Source: the human T2T-CHM13v2.0 reference genome, Homo sapiens. From it: DNA of 64,000 nucleotides. The position numbers and the translations under genes are program-made. Under the pieces are notes generated by a model. It saw nothing but the letters and a program-made list of their open reading frames with translations, did not search any database and was not told the origin of the DNA. Shown here piece by piece: positions 28,901 through 41,500 of the stretch. Each line of letters starts with the position of its first letter. Positions within the stretch are counted from its first letter, which is position 1. The stretch lies in NCBI RefSeq assembly GCF_009914755.1, contig NC_060933.1; one strand, 5' to 3'.

Positions 28901-29880
28901 CCATTCCATTGCATTCCGTTAAATTACATTCCCCTGCACTCGGGTTGATACCATTCCATTCCATTCCATTCCATTCCATTCCGGATGATTCCATTCCATT
29001 GCATTCCATTCCATTCCATTCCCCTGCACTCGGGTTGATTACATTCCATTTCCTTCCCTTCCATTCCTTTCCATTCCATTCCATTCCATTCTATTCGGGT
29101 GAATTCCATTCCATTCCATTCCATTCTATTCCATTCCATTCCATTCCATTCCGTTCCGTTCCGTTGCGTTCCATTCCATTCCATTCCATTCTATTCGGGT
29201 TAATTCCTTTCCATTCCATTCGATTGCAATCGTGTTGATTCCATTCCATTCCATTCCGTTCCATTCCATTCCATTCCATTCCTTTCCATTCCATTACGGA
29301 TGATTCCATTCCAATGCATTCCCTTCCATTCCATTCCCCTGTACTCGGGTTGATTCCATTCCATTGCATTCCAATCCATGCCCTTCCACTCGTGTTGATT
29401 CCATTCTTTCCATTCCATTCAAGTTGATTCCATTCCATTGCATTCCATTCCATTCGATTCCATTCGATTGCACTCGGGTTGATTCCATTCCATTGCATTC
29501 CATTCCATTCCATTCCATTCCATTCCATTCCAATCCATTCCGTTCTATTCCATTCCATTACATTCGGATTGATTCTATTCAATTCCCTTACACTCCATTA
29601 CATTCCATTCCATTCCGGTAGTTTCCATTCCATTCCATTCCATTCCTCTCCATTCCATTGCACTCGGGTTGATTCCATTCCATTGCATTCCATTCCATTC
29701 CATTCAATTCCATTCCGTTCCTTTCCATTCCATTACATTCGGATTGATTCTATTCAACTCCCTTACTCTCCATTACATTCCATTCCGTTCGGGTTGTTCC
29801 ATTCCATTCCATTCCATTCCACTCCATTCCATTGCACTCGGGTTGATTCCATTCCATTCCATTCCATTCCATTCCAGAAA
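25970..29880 (+). repeat. Tandem duplication of a ~2.0-kb unit (approx. 25970-27960 and 27961-29880)
   Basis: Paired private variants: CTATTCTGGTTAA (26094/28091), CTGCAGTTGGG (26237/28234), ATTGTTTTGC (26865/28853), CGTTAAATTAC (26919/28917), GGTTAATTCCTTT (27185/~29198). ORF-track offsets are 1993-2018. Confidence 0.88.
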
Positions 29881-29885
29881 ATTCC
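29871..29885. promoter_or_regulatory. HSE motif variant ATTCC-AGAAA-ATTCC
   Basis: Exact nTTCnnGAAnnTTCn match with an AGAAn central pentamer. A second variant, ATTCCGGAAAATTCC, lies at 30021-30035. Confidence 0.45.
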
Positions 29886-32800
29886 ATTCCATTGCATTCC
29901 ATTCCATTCCATTCCCCTGCACTCGCGTTGATTCCATTCCATTCCATTCCATTCCATTCCATTCCATTCCATTCCTTTCCGTTCCATTCCATTCCATTCC
30001 ATTCCATTCCATTCCATTCCATTCCGGAAAATTCCATTCCATTGCATTCCATTCCATTCAATTCCCCTGCACTCCCGTTGATTGCATTCCATTCCATTCC
30101 ATTCCATTCCATTCCATTCCATTCCATTCCACTCGTGTTGATTCCATTCCTTTCCATTCCATTCGGTTTGAAGGCATTCCATTCCATTCCATTGCATTCC
30201 ATTCCATTCCATTCCATTCCATTCCATTCCATTCCATTCCATTGTACTCGGGTTGATTCCATTCCATTGCATTCCATTCCATTCCATTCCATTACATTCC
30301 GTTGCATTCCATTCCATTACATTCGGATTGATTCTATTCAACTCCCTTACTCTCCATTACATTCCATTCCATTCGGGTTGTTCCATTCCATTCCATTCCA
30401 TTCCACTCCATTCCATTGCACTAGGGTTGATTCCATTCCATTCCATTCCATTCCATTCCGGATGATTCCATTCCATTGCATTCCGTTCCATTACATTCCC
30501 CTGCACTCGCGTTGATTCCATTCCATTCCATTGAATTCCATTCCATTATAATTCGTTCCATTCCATTCTATTCCGTACCATTCCATTCCATTCCATACCA
30601 TTGCATTCCATTCCATTCCATTCTATTCCGTTCCATTGCGTTCCATTGCATTCCATTCCATTCTATTCGGGTTTATTCCATTCCATTCCATTCCATTCCA
30701 TTCTATTCCATTCCATTGCAATCGAGTTGAATCCATTGCATTTCATTCCATTCCATTCCATTCCATTCCATTCCATTCCACTCGAGTTGATTTCATTCCA
30801 TTCCTTTCCATTCCATTCCATTCGTTTCCACTCGAGTTGATTCCATTCCATTCCATTCCATTGCATTCCATTCCATGCCATTCCTCTCGGGTTGATTCCA
30901 TTCCATTCCATTCCATTCCATTCCATTCCATTCCATTCCATTCCATTGCATTCCATTCCATTCCTTTCCCCTACACTCGGGTTGATTCCATTCCATTCCA
31001 TTCCATTTAATTCCATTCCATTCCATTCCATTCCATTCCAATCCGTTCCATTCCATTCCATTCTATTCCACTGCAATCGACTTGATTCCATTCCATTCCA
31101 TTCCATTACATTCCATTCCATTACATTCCATTCCATTTTGTTCCAATCCATTCTATTCCGAACCATTCCATTCCATTCAATTCCATTCCATTCCTTTCCA
31201 TTCCATGCCATTCCACTCGGGTTGATTCCATTCCTTTCCATTCCATTCGGGTTGAATCCAATCCACTCCATTCCATTCCATTCGAATCCATTGCATTGCA
31301 CTCTGGTTGATTCCATTCCATTCCATTCCATTCGATTCCATTCTATTCCATTCCATTCCGTTCAATTCCATTTCATTACATTCAGATTGATTCTATTCAA
31401 TTCCCTTACACTCCATTATATTCCAATCCATTCTGGTTGTTTCCATTCCATTCCATTCCATTTCACTCCATTCCATTGCACTCGGTTTGATTCCATTCCA
31501 TTCCATTCCGGATGATTCCATTCCATTGCATTCCATTCCATTCCATTCCCCTGCACTCAGGTTGATTCCATTCCATTCCATTCCACTCCATTCTGTTCCG
31601 TTCCATTCCATTCTATTGCATTCCATTCTATTCGGGTTAATTCCATTCCATTCTATTCCATTCCAATCCATTCCATTCCATTGCAATGGAGTTGATTCCA
31701 TTCCATTCCATTCCATTCCGGATGATTCCATTCCATTGCATTCCATTCCTTTCCATTCCCCTGCACTCGTGTTGATTCCATTACCTTCCATTCCATTCCA
31801 TTCTGTTCCATTCCATTGCATTCCATTCTATTCCGATTAATTCCATTCAATTCCATTCCATTCCATTCCATTCCATTGCAATCGAGTTGATTCCATTCCA
31901 TTCCTTTCCATTCCATTCCATTGCCTTGCATTCCAATCGGGTTGATTCCATTCCCTTCTTTCCACTCCATTACATTCCCTTCCATTCCACTCGGAATGAT
32001 TGATTCCATTCCATTCCATTCCATTTCATTCCGTTGCAAACCACTCCAATCTATTCCATTCCATTCCATTCCACTCGAGTTGATTTCATTCCATTCCTTT
32101 CCATTCCATTCCATTCCTTTCCACTCGAGTTGATTCCATTCCATTCCATTCCATTGCATTCCATTCCATGCCATTCCACTCGGGTTGATTCCATTCCATT
32201 CCATTCCATTCCATTCCGTTGCATTCCATTCCATTACATTCGGATTGATTCTATTCAACTCCCTTACTCTCCATTACATTCCATTCCATTCGGGTTGTTC
32301 CATTCCATTCCATTCCATTACACTCCATTCCATTGCACTCGGGTTGATTCCATTCCATTCCATTCCATTCCATTCCATTCCGGATGATTCCATTCCATTG
32401 CATTCCGTTCCATTACTTTCCCCTGCACTCGCGTTGATTCAATTCCATTCCATTCCATTCCATTCAATTCCATTCCATTACAATTCGTTCCATTCCATTC
32501 TATTCCGTACCATTCCATTCCATTCCATACCATTCCATTCCATTCCATTCCATTCCATTCCGTTCCATTCCGTTCCATTCCATTCCATTCCATTCTATTC
32601 GGGTTTATTCCATTCCATTCCATTCCATTCCATTCTATTCCATTCCATTGCAATCGAGTTGAATCCATTGCATTTCATTCCATTCCATTCCATTCCATTC
32701 CATTCCGGAAGATTCCATTCCATTGCATTCCATTCCATTTCATTCCCCTGCACTCGCGTTGATTCCATTCCATTCCATTCCATTCCATTCCATTCCGTTC

Positions 32801-33099
32801 CGTTCCGTTCCGTTCCGTTCCATTCCATTCCATTCCATTCCATTCCGTTCCGTTCCGTTCCATTCCATTCCATTCCATTCCATTCTATTCGGGTTAATTC
32901 CATTCCATTCCATTCGATTGCAATCGTGTTGATTCCATTCCATTCCATTCCATTCCATTCCATTCCATTCCATTCCATTCCATTCCTTTCCATTCCATTA
33001 CGGATGATTCCATTCCATTGCATTCCATTCCATTCCATTCCCCTGTACTCGGGTTGATTCCATTCCATTGCATGCCAATCCATGCCCTTCCACTCGTGT

Positions 33100-35960
33100 T
33101 GATTCCATTCTTTCCATTCCATTCAAGTTGAATCCATTCCATTGCATTCCATTCCATTCCATTCCCCTGCAGTCTGGTTGATTCCATTCCATTCCATTCC
33201 ATTCCATTCCATTCCATTCCGTTCCGTTCCGTTCCATTCCATTCTATTCGGGTTAATTCCATTCCATTCCATTCCATTCCATTGCATTCCATTCCATTCC
33301 AATCGAGTTGATTCCATTCCATTCCATTCCATTCCATTCCACTCCATTCCAGTCCTTTCCATTCCATTCCACTCGGGTTGATTCCAATGAATTCCTTTCC
33401 ATTCCATTCCATTCCATTGCAATCGAGTTGATTCCATTGCTTTGCATTCCATTCCATTCCATTCCATTCCGGATGACTCCATTCCATTGCATTCCATTCC
33501 ATTGAATTCCCCTGCACTCGGGTTGATTCCATTCCATTCCACTCCATTCCCTTGCATTCCATTCCATTCCATTGTATTCGGGTTAATTCCATTCCATTCC
33601 ATTCCATTCCATTCCATTCCATTACAATCGAGTTGATTCCATTCCATTCCATTCCATTCAATTCCAGTCCTTTCCATTCCATTCCACTCGGGTTGATTCC
33701 ATTCTATTAGTTTCCATTCCATTCCGTTCCCTTCCATTCCACTCTGGTTGATTCCATTCCTTTCCATTCCACTCGAATACATTCCCTCCTATTCCACTCG
33801 GAACGATTCCATTCCATTCCATTCCATTCCATTCCATTCCATTCCATTCCATTCCATTTCGTTCCATTACATTCTATTCCGTATCATTCCATTCCATTCC
33901 ATTCCATTCCATTCCATTCCATTCCATTCCACTCGTGTTCATTCCATTCCTTTCCATTCCATTCGGTTTGAAGGCATTCCATTCCATTCCATTCCATTCC
34001 ATTCCATTCCATTCCATTCCATTCCATTCCATTGTACTCGGGTTGATTCCATTCCATTGCATTCCATCCCATTCCATTCCATTCCAATCCGTTGCATTCC
34101 ATTCCATTACATTCGGATTGATTATATTCAACTCCCTTACTCTCCATTACATTCCATTCCATTCGGGTTGTTCCATTCCATTCCATTCCATTCCACTCCA
34201 TTCCATTCCATTCCACTCCATTCCATTGCACTCGGGTTGATTCCATTCCTTTCCATTCCATTCCATTCCATTCCGGATGATTCCATTCCATTGCATTCCG
34301 TTCCATTACATTCCCCTGCACTGGCGTTGATTCCATTCCATTCCATTCCATTCAATTCCATTCCATTACAATTCGTTCCATTCCATTCTATTCCGTACCA
34401 TTCCATTCCATTCCATACCATTCCATTCCATTCCATTCCATTCCGTTGCATTCCATTCCATTCCATTGTATTCGGGTTAATTCCATTCCATTCCATTCCA
34501 TTCCATTCCATTCCATTACAATCGAGTTGATTCCATTCCATTCCATTCCATTCCATTCCAGTCCTTTCCATTCCATTCCACTCGGGTTGATTCCATTCTA
34601 TTAGTTTCCATTCCATTCCGTTCCCTTCCATTCCACTCTGCTTGATTCCATTCCTTTCCATTCCACTCGAATACATTCCCTCCTATTCCACTCGGAACAA
34701 TTCCATTCCATTCCATTCCATTCCATTCCATTCCATTCCATTCCATTTCGTTCCATTACATTCTATTCCGTATCATTCCATTCCATTCCATTCCATTCCA
34801 TTCCATTCCATTCCACTCGTGTTCATTCCATTCCTTTCCATTCCATTCGGTTTGAAGGCATTCCATTCCATTCCATTCCATTCCATTCCATTCCATTCCA
34901 TTCCATTCCATTGTACTCGGGTTGATTCCATTCCATTGCATTCCATCCCATTCCATTCCATTCCAATCCGTTGCATTCCATTCCATTACATTCGGATTGA
35001 TTATATTCAACTCCCTTACTCTCCATTACATTCCATTCCTTTCGGGTTGTTCCATTCCATTCCATTCCATTCCACTCCATTCCATTGCACTCGGGTTGAT
35101 TCCATTCCTTTCCATTCCATTCCATTCCTTTCCGGATGATTCCATTCCATTGCATTCCGTTCCATTACATTCCCCTGCACTGGCGTTGATTCCATTCCAT
35201 TCCATTCCATTCAATTCCATTCCATTACAATTCGTTCCATTCCATTCTATTCCGTACCATTCCATTCCATTCCATACCATTCCATTCCATTCCATTCCAT
35301 TCCATTCCATTTCGTTCCATTCCGTTCCATTCCATTCCATTCCATTCTATTCGGGTTAATTCCATTCCATTCCATTCCATTCCATTCCATTCCATTCCAA
35401 TCTATTCAATTCCATTGCAATCGAGTTGAATCCATTGCATTTCATTCCATTCCATTCCATTCCATTCCATTGCAATCGAGTTGAATCCATTGCATTTCAT
35501 TCCATTCCATTCCATTCCATTCCATTCCGGAAGATTCCATTCCATTGGATTCCATTCCATTCCATTCCTCTGCACTCGCGTTGATTCCATTCCATTCCAT
35601 TCCATTCCATTCCGTTCCGTTCCGTTCCATTTCATTCCATTCCATTCCATTCCATTCCGTTCCGTTCCATTCCATTCCATGCCATTCTATTCGGGTTAAT
35701 TCCATTCCATTCCATTCGATTGCAATCGAGTTGATTCCATTCCATTCCATTCCATTCCATTCCATTCCAATCGAGTTGATTCCATTCCATTCCATTCCAT
35801 TCCATTCAACTCCATTCCAGTCCTTTCCATTCCATTCCACTCGGGTTGATTCCATTCTATTCCTTTCCATTCCATTCCATTCCATTGCAATCGAGTTGAT
35901 TCCATTGCTTTGCATTCCATTCCATTCCATTCCATTCCGGATGATTCCATTCCATTGCAT
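33100..35960 (+). repeat. ~2.8-kb direct duplication, copy 1 (partner ~38755-41500)
   Basis: Shared CAGTCTGGTTG, CCAATGAATTCC, ATTGAATTCCCC and CCAATCTATTCAAT. ORFs 33123..33782 ~ 38778..39437 (offset 5655) and 34388..34576 = 40018..40206 (offset 5630). Confidence 0.88.
33571..35310 (+). repeat. Nested tandem duplication of a ~0.87-0.89-kb unit (33571-34464, 34465-~35310)
   Basis: ATTATATTCA at 34121 and 35000; CTGGCGTTGA at 34321 and 35180; AATAC landmark at 33776 and 34670. Confidence 0.87.
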
Positions 35961-38330
35961 TCCATTCCATTCCATTTCCCTGCACTCGGGTTGATTCCAT
36001 TCCATTCCACTCCATTCCCTTCCATTCCATTCCATTCCATTGTATTCGGGTTAATTCCATTCCATGCCATTTCATTCCATTCCATTCCATTCCATTCCAT
36101 TCTATTACAATCGAGTTGATTCCATTCCATTCCATTCCATTCCAGTCCATTCCATTCCAGTCCTTTCCATTCCATTCCACTCGGGTTGATTCCATTCTAT
36201 TAGTTTCCATTCCATTCCATTCCCTTCCATTCCACTCTGGTTGATTCCATTCCTTTCCATTCCACTCGAATACATTCCCTCCTATTCCACTCGGAACGAT
36301 TCCATTCCATTCCATTCCATTCCATTCCATTCCATTCCATTCCATTTCCTTCCATTCCGTTCTATTCCGTACCATTCCATTCCATTCCTTTCCATTCCAT
36401 TCCATTCCATTCCACTCTTGTTGATTCCATTCCTTTCCATTCCATTCGGTTTGAAGGCATTCCATTCCATTCAATTCCATTCCATTCCATTCCATTCCAT
36501 TCCATTCCATTCCATTCCATTGTACTCGGGTTGATTCCATTCCATTGCATTCCATTCCATTCCATTCCATTCCATTCCATTCCATTCCATTCCATTCCTT
36601 TGCATTCCATTCCATTACATTCGGACTGATTCTATTCAACTCTCTTACTCTCCATTCCATTCCATTCCATTCGGGTTGTTCCATTCCATTCCATTCCATT
36701 CCACTCCATTCCATTGCACTCGGGTTGATTCCATTCCATTCCATTCCATACCATTCCATTCCATTCCATTCCATTCCATTCCATTCCATTCCGTTCCATT
36801 CCGTTCCATTCCATTCCATTCCATTCTATTCGGGTTAATTCCATTCCATTCCATTCCATTCCATTCTATTCCATTCCATTGCAATCGAGTTGAATCCATT
36901 GCATTTCATTTCATTCCATTCCATTCCATTCCATTGCAATCGAGTTGAATCCATTGCATTTCATTCCATTCCATTCCATTCCATTCCATTCCGGAAGATT
37001 CCATTCCATTGGATTCCATTCCATTCCATTCCTCTGCACTCGCGTTGATTCCATTCCATTCCATTCCATTCCATTCCGTTCCGTTCCGTTCCATTTCATT
37101 CCATTCCATTCCATTCCATTCCGTTCCGTTCCATTCCATTCCATGCCATTCTATTCGGGTTAATTCCATTCCATTCCATTGGATTGCAATCGAGTTGATT
37201 CCATTCCATTCCATTCCATTCCATTCCATTCCAATCGAGTTGATTCCATTCCATTCCATTCCATTCCATTCAACTCCATTCCAGTCCTTTCCATTCCATT
37301 CCACTCGGGTTGATTCCATTCTATTCCTTTCCATTCCATTCCATTCCATTGCAATCGAGTTGATTCCATTGCTTTGCATTCCATTCCATTCCATTCCATT
37401 CCGGATGATTCCATTCCATTGCATTCCATTCCATTCCATTTCCCTGCACTCGGGTTGATTCCATTCCATTCCACTCCATTCCCTTCCATTCCATTCCATT
37501 CCATTGTATTCGGGTTAATTCCATTCCATGCCATTTCATTCCATTCCATTCCATTCCATTCCATTCTATTACAATCGAGTTGATTCCATTCCATTCCATT
37601 CCATTCCAGTCCATTCCATTCCAGTCCTTTCCATTCCATTCCACTCGGGTTGATTCCATTCTATTAGTTTCCATTCCATTCCATTCCCTTCCATTCCACT
37701 CTGGTTGATTCCATTCCTTTCCATTCCACTCGAATACATTCCCTCCTATTCCACTCGGAACGATTCCATTCCATTCCATTCCATTCCATTCCATTCCATT
37801 CCATTCCATTCCATTTCCTTCCATTCCATTCTATTCCGTACCATTCCATTCCATTCCTTTCCATTCCATTCCATTCCATTCCACTCTTGTTGATTCCATT
37901 CCTTTCCATTCAATTCGGTTTGAAGGCATTCCATTCCATTCCATTCCATTCCATTCCATTCCATTCCATTCCATTCCATTCCATTCCATTGTACTCGGGT
38001 TGATTCCATTCCATTGCATTCCATTCCATTCCATTCCATTCCATTCCATTCCATTCCTTTGCATTCCATTCCATTACATTCGGACTGATTCTATTCAACT
38101 CTCTTACTCTCCATTCCATTCCATTCCATTCGGGTTGTTCCATTCCATTCCATTCCATTCCACTCCATTCCATTGCACTCGAGTTGATTCCATTCCATTC
38201 CATTCCATACCATTCCATTCCATTCCATTCCATTCCATTCCATTCCGTTCCATTCCGTTCCATTCCATTCCATTCCATTCTATTCGGGTTAATTCCATTC
38301 CATTCCATTCCATTCCATTCTATTCCATTC
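35411..38330 (+). repeat. Tandem duplication of a 1464-bp unit (approx. 35411-36874 and 36875-38330)
   Basis: Six ORF pairs with an exact 1464 offset (e.g. 35481..35699/36945..37163, 35696..36175/37160..37639). Private variants CACTCTTGTTG and CGGACTGATT...CAACTCTCTT each occur once per copy. Confidence 0.92.
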
Positions 38331-38754
38331 CATTGCAATCGAGTTGAATCCATTGCATTTCATTCCATTCCATTCCATTCCATTCCATTCCGGAAGATTC
38401 CATTCCATTGCATTCCATTCCATTCCATTCCCCTGCACTCGCGTTGATTCCATTCCATTCCATTCTATTCCATTCCATTCCCTTCCTTTCCGTTCCATTC
38501 CATTCCATTCCATTCCATTCCGTTTCGTTCCGTTCCATTCCATTCCATTCCATTCTATTTGGGTTAATTCCATTCCATTCCATTCGATTGCAATCGAGTT
38601 GATTCTATTCCATTCCATTCCATTCCATTCCATTCCATTCCTTTCCATTCCATTACGGATGATTCCATTCCCTTGCATTCCATTCCATTCCATTCCCCTG
38701 TACTCGGGTTGACTCCATTCCATTCCATTCCAATCCATGCCATTCCACTCGTGC

Positions 38755-41500
38755 TGATTCCATTCTTTCCATTCCATTCAAGTTGAATCCATTCCATTGC
38801 ATTCCATTCCATTCCATTCCCCTGCAGTCTGGTTGATTCCATTCCATTCCATTCCATTCCATTCCATTCCATTCCATTCCGTTCCGTTCCATTCCATTCT
38901 ATTCGGGTTAATTCCATTCCGTTCCATTCCATTCCATTGCATTCCATTCCATTCCAATCGAGTTGATTCCATTCCATTCCATTCCATTCCATTCCACTCC
39001 ATTCCAGTCCTTTCCATTCCATTCCACTCGGGTTGATTCCAATGAATTCCTTTCCATTCCATTCCATTCCATTGCAATCGAGTTGATTCCATTGCTTTGC
39101 ATTCCATTCCATTCCATTCCATTCCGGATGACTCCATTCCATTGCATTCCATTCCATTGAATTCCCCTGCACTCGGGTTGATTCCATTCCATTCCACTCC
39201 ATTCCCTTGCATTCCATTCCATTCCATTGTATTCGGGTTAATTCCATTCCATTCCATTCCATTCCATTCCATTCCATTACAATCGAGTTGATTCCATTCC
39301 ATTCCATTCCATTCCATTCCAGTCCTTTCCATTCCATTCCACTCGGGTTGATTCCATTCTATTAGTTTCCATTCCATTCCGTTCCCTTCCATTCCACTCT
39401 GGTTGATTCCATTCCTTTCCATTCCACTCGAATACATTCCCTCCTATTCCACTCGGAACGATTCCATTCCATTCCATTCCATTCCATTCCATTCAATTCC
39501 ATTCCATTCCATTCCATTTCGTTCCATTACATTCTATTCCGTATCATTCCATTCCATTCCATTCCATTCCATTCCACTCGTGTTCATTCCATTCCTTTCC
39601 ATTCCATTCGGTTTGAAGGCATTCCATTCCATTCCATTCCATTCCATTCCATTCCATTCCATTCCATTCCATTCCATTCCATTGTACTCGGGTTGATTCC
39701 ATTCCATTGCATTCCATCCCATTCCATTCCATTCCAATCCGTTGCATTCCATTCCATTACATTCGGATTGATTATATTCAACTCCCTTACTCTCCATTAC
39801 ATTCCATTCCATTCGGGTTGTTCCATTCCATTCCATTCCATTCCACTCCATTCCATTGCACTCGGGTTGATTCCATTCCTTTCCATTCCATTCCATTCCA
39901 TTCCGGATGATTCCATTCCATTGCATTCCGTTCCATTACATTCCCCTGCACTGGCGTTGATTCCATTCCATTCCATTCCATTCAATTCCATTCCATTACA
40001 ATTCGTTCCATTCCATTCTATTCCGTACCATTCCATTCCATTCCATACCATTCCATTCCATTCCATTCCATTCCGTTGCATTCCATTCCATTCCATTGTA
40101 TTCGGGTTAATTCCATTCCATTCCATTCCATTCCATTCCATTCCATTACAATCGAGTTGATTCCATTCCATTCCATTCCATTCCATTCCAGTCCTTTCCA
40201 TTCCATTCCACTCGGGTTGATTCCATTCTATTAGTTTCCATTCCATTCCGTTCCCTTCCATTCCACTCTGGTTGATTCCATTCCTTTCCATTCCACTCGA
40301 ATACATTCCCTCCTATTCCACTCGGAACGATTCCATTCCATTCCATTCCATTCCATTCCATTCCATTCCATTCCATTCCATTCCATTTCGTTCCATTACA
40401 TTCTATTCCGTATCATTCCATTCCATTCCATTCCATTCCATTCCATTCCATTCCACTCGTGTTCATTCCATTCCTTTCCATTCCATTCGGTTTGAAGGCA
40501 TTCCATTCCATTCCATTCCATTCCATTCCATTGTACTCGGGTTGATTCCATTCCATTGCATTCCATTCCATTCCATTCCATTCCAATCCGTTGCATTCCA
40601 TTCCATTACATTCGGATTGATTATATTCAACTCCCTTACTCTCCATTACATTCCATTCCATTCGGGTTGTTCCATTCCATTCCATTCCATTCCACTCCAT
40701 TCCATTGCACTCGGGTTGATTCCATTCCTTTCCATTTCATTCCATTCCTTTCCGGATGATTCCATTCCATTGCATTCCGTTCCATTACATTCCCCTGCAC
40801 TGGCGTTGATTCCATTCCATTCCATTCCATTCCATTCCATTCCATTCCATTTCGTTCCATTCCGTTCCATTCCATTCCATTCCATTCTATTCGGGTTAAT
40901 TCCATTCCATTCCATTCCATTCCATTCCATTCCATTCCAATCTATTCAATTCCATTGCAATCGAGTTGAATCCATTGCATTTCATTCCATTCCATTCCAT
41001 TCCATTCCATTGCAATCGAGTTGAATCCATTGCATTTCATTCCATTCCATTCCATTCCATTCCATGCCGGAAGATTCCATTCCATTGGATTCCATTCCAT
41101 TCCATTCCTCTGCACTCGCGTTGATTCCATTCCATTCCATTCCATTCCATTCCATTCCGTTCCGTTCCGTTCCATTTCATTCCATTCCATTCCATTGCAT
41201 TCCGTTCCGTTCCATTCCATTCCATGCCATTCTATTCGGGTTAATTCCATTCCATTCCATTCGATTGCAATCGAGTTGATTCCATTCCATTCCATTCCAT
41301 TCCATTCCATTCCAATCGAGTTGATTCCATTCCATTCCATTCCATTCCATTCAACTCCATTCCAGTCCTTTCCATTCCATTCCACTCGGGTTGATTCCAT
41401 TCTATTCCTTTCCATTCCATTCCATTCCATTGCAATCGAGTTGATTCCATTGCTTTGCACTCCATTCCATTCCATTCCATTCCGGATGATTCCATTCCAT
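38755..41500 (+). repeat. ~2.8-kb direct duplication, copy 2 (offset 5540-5655 bp)
   Basis: Contains the same nested ~0.85-kb dimer (ATTATATTCA 39771/40620; CTGGCGTTGA 39951/40800) and the start of the 1464-bp unit (~40950-41500). Confidence 0.88.
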
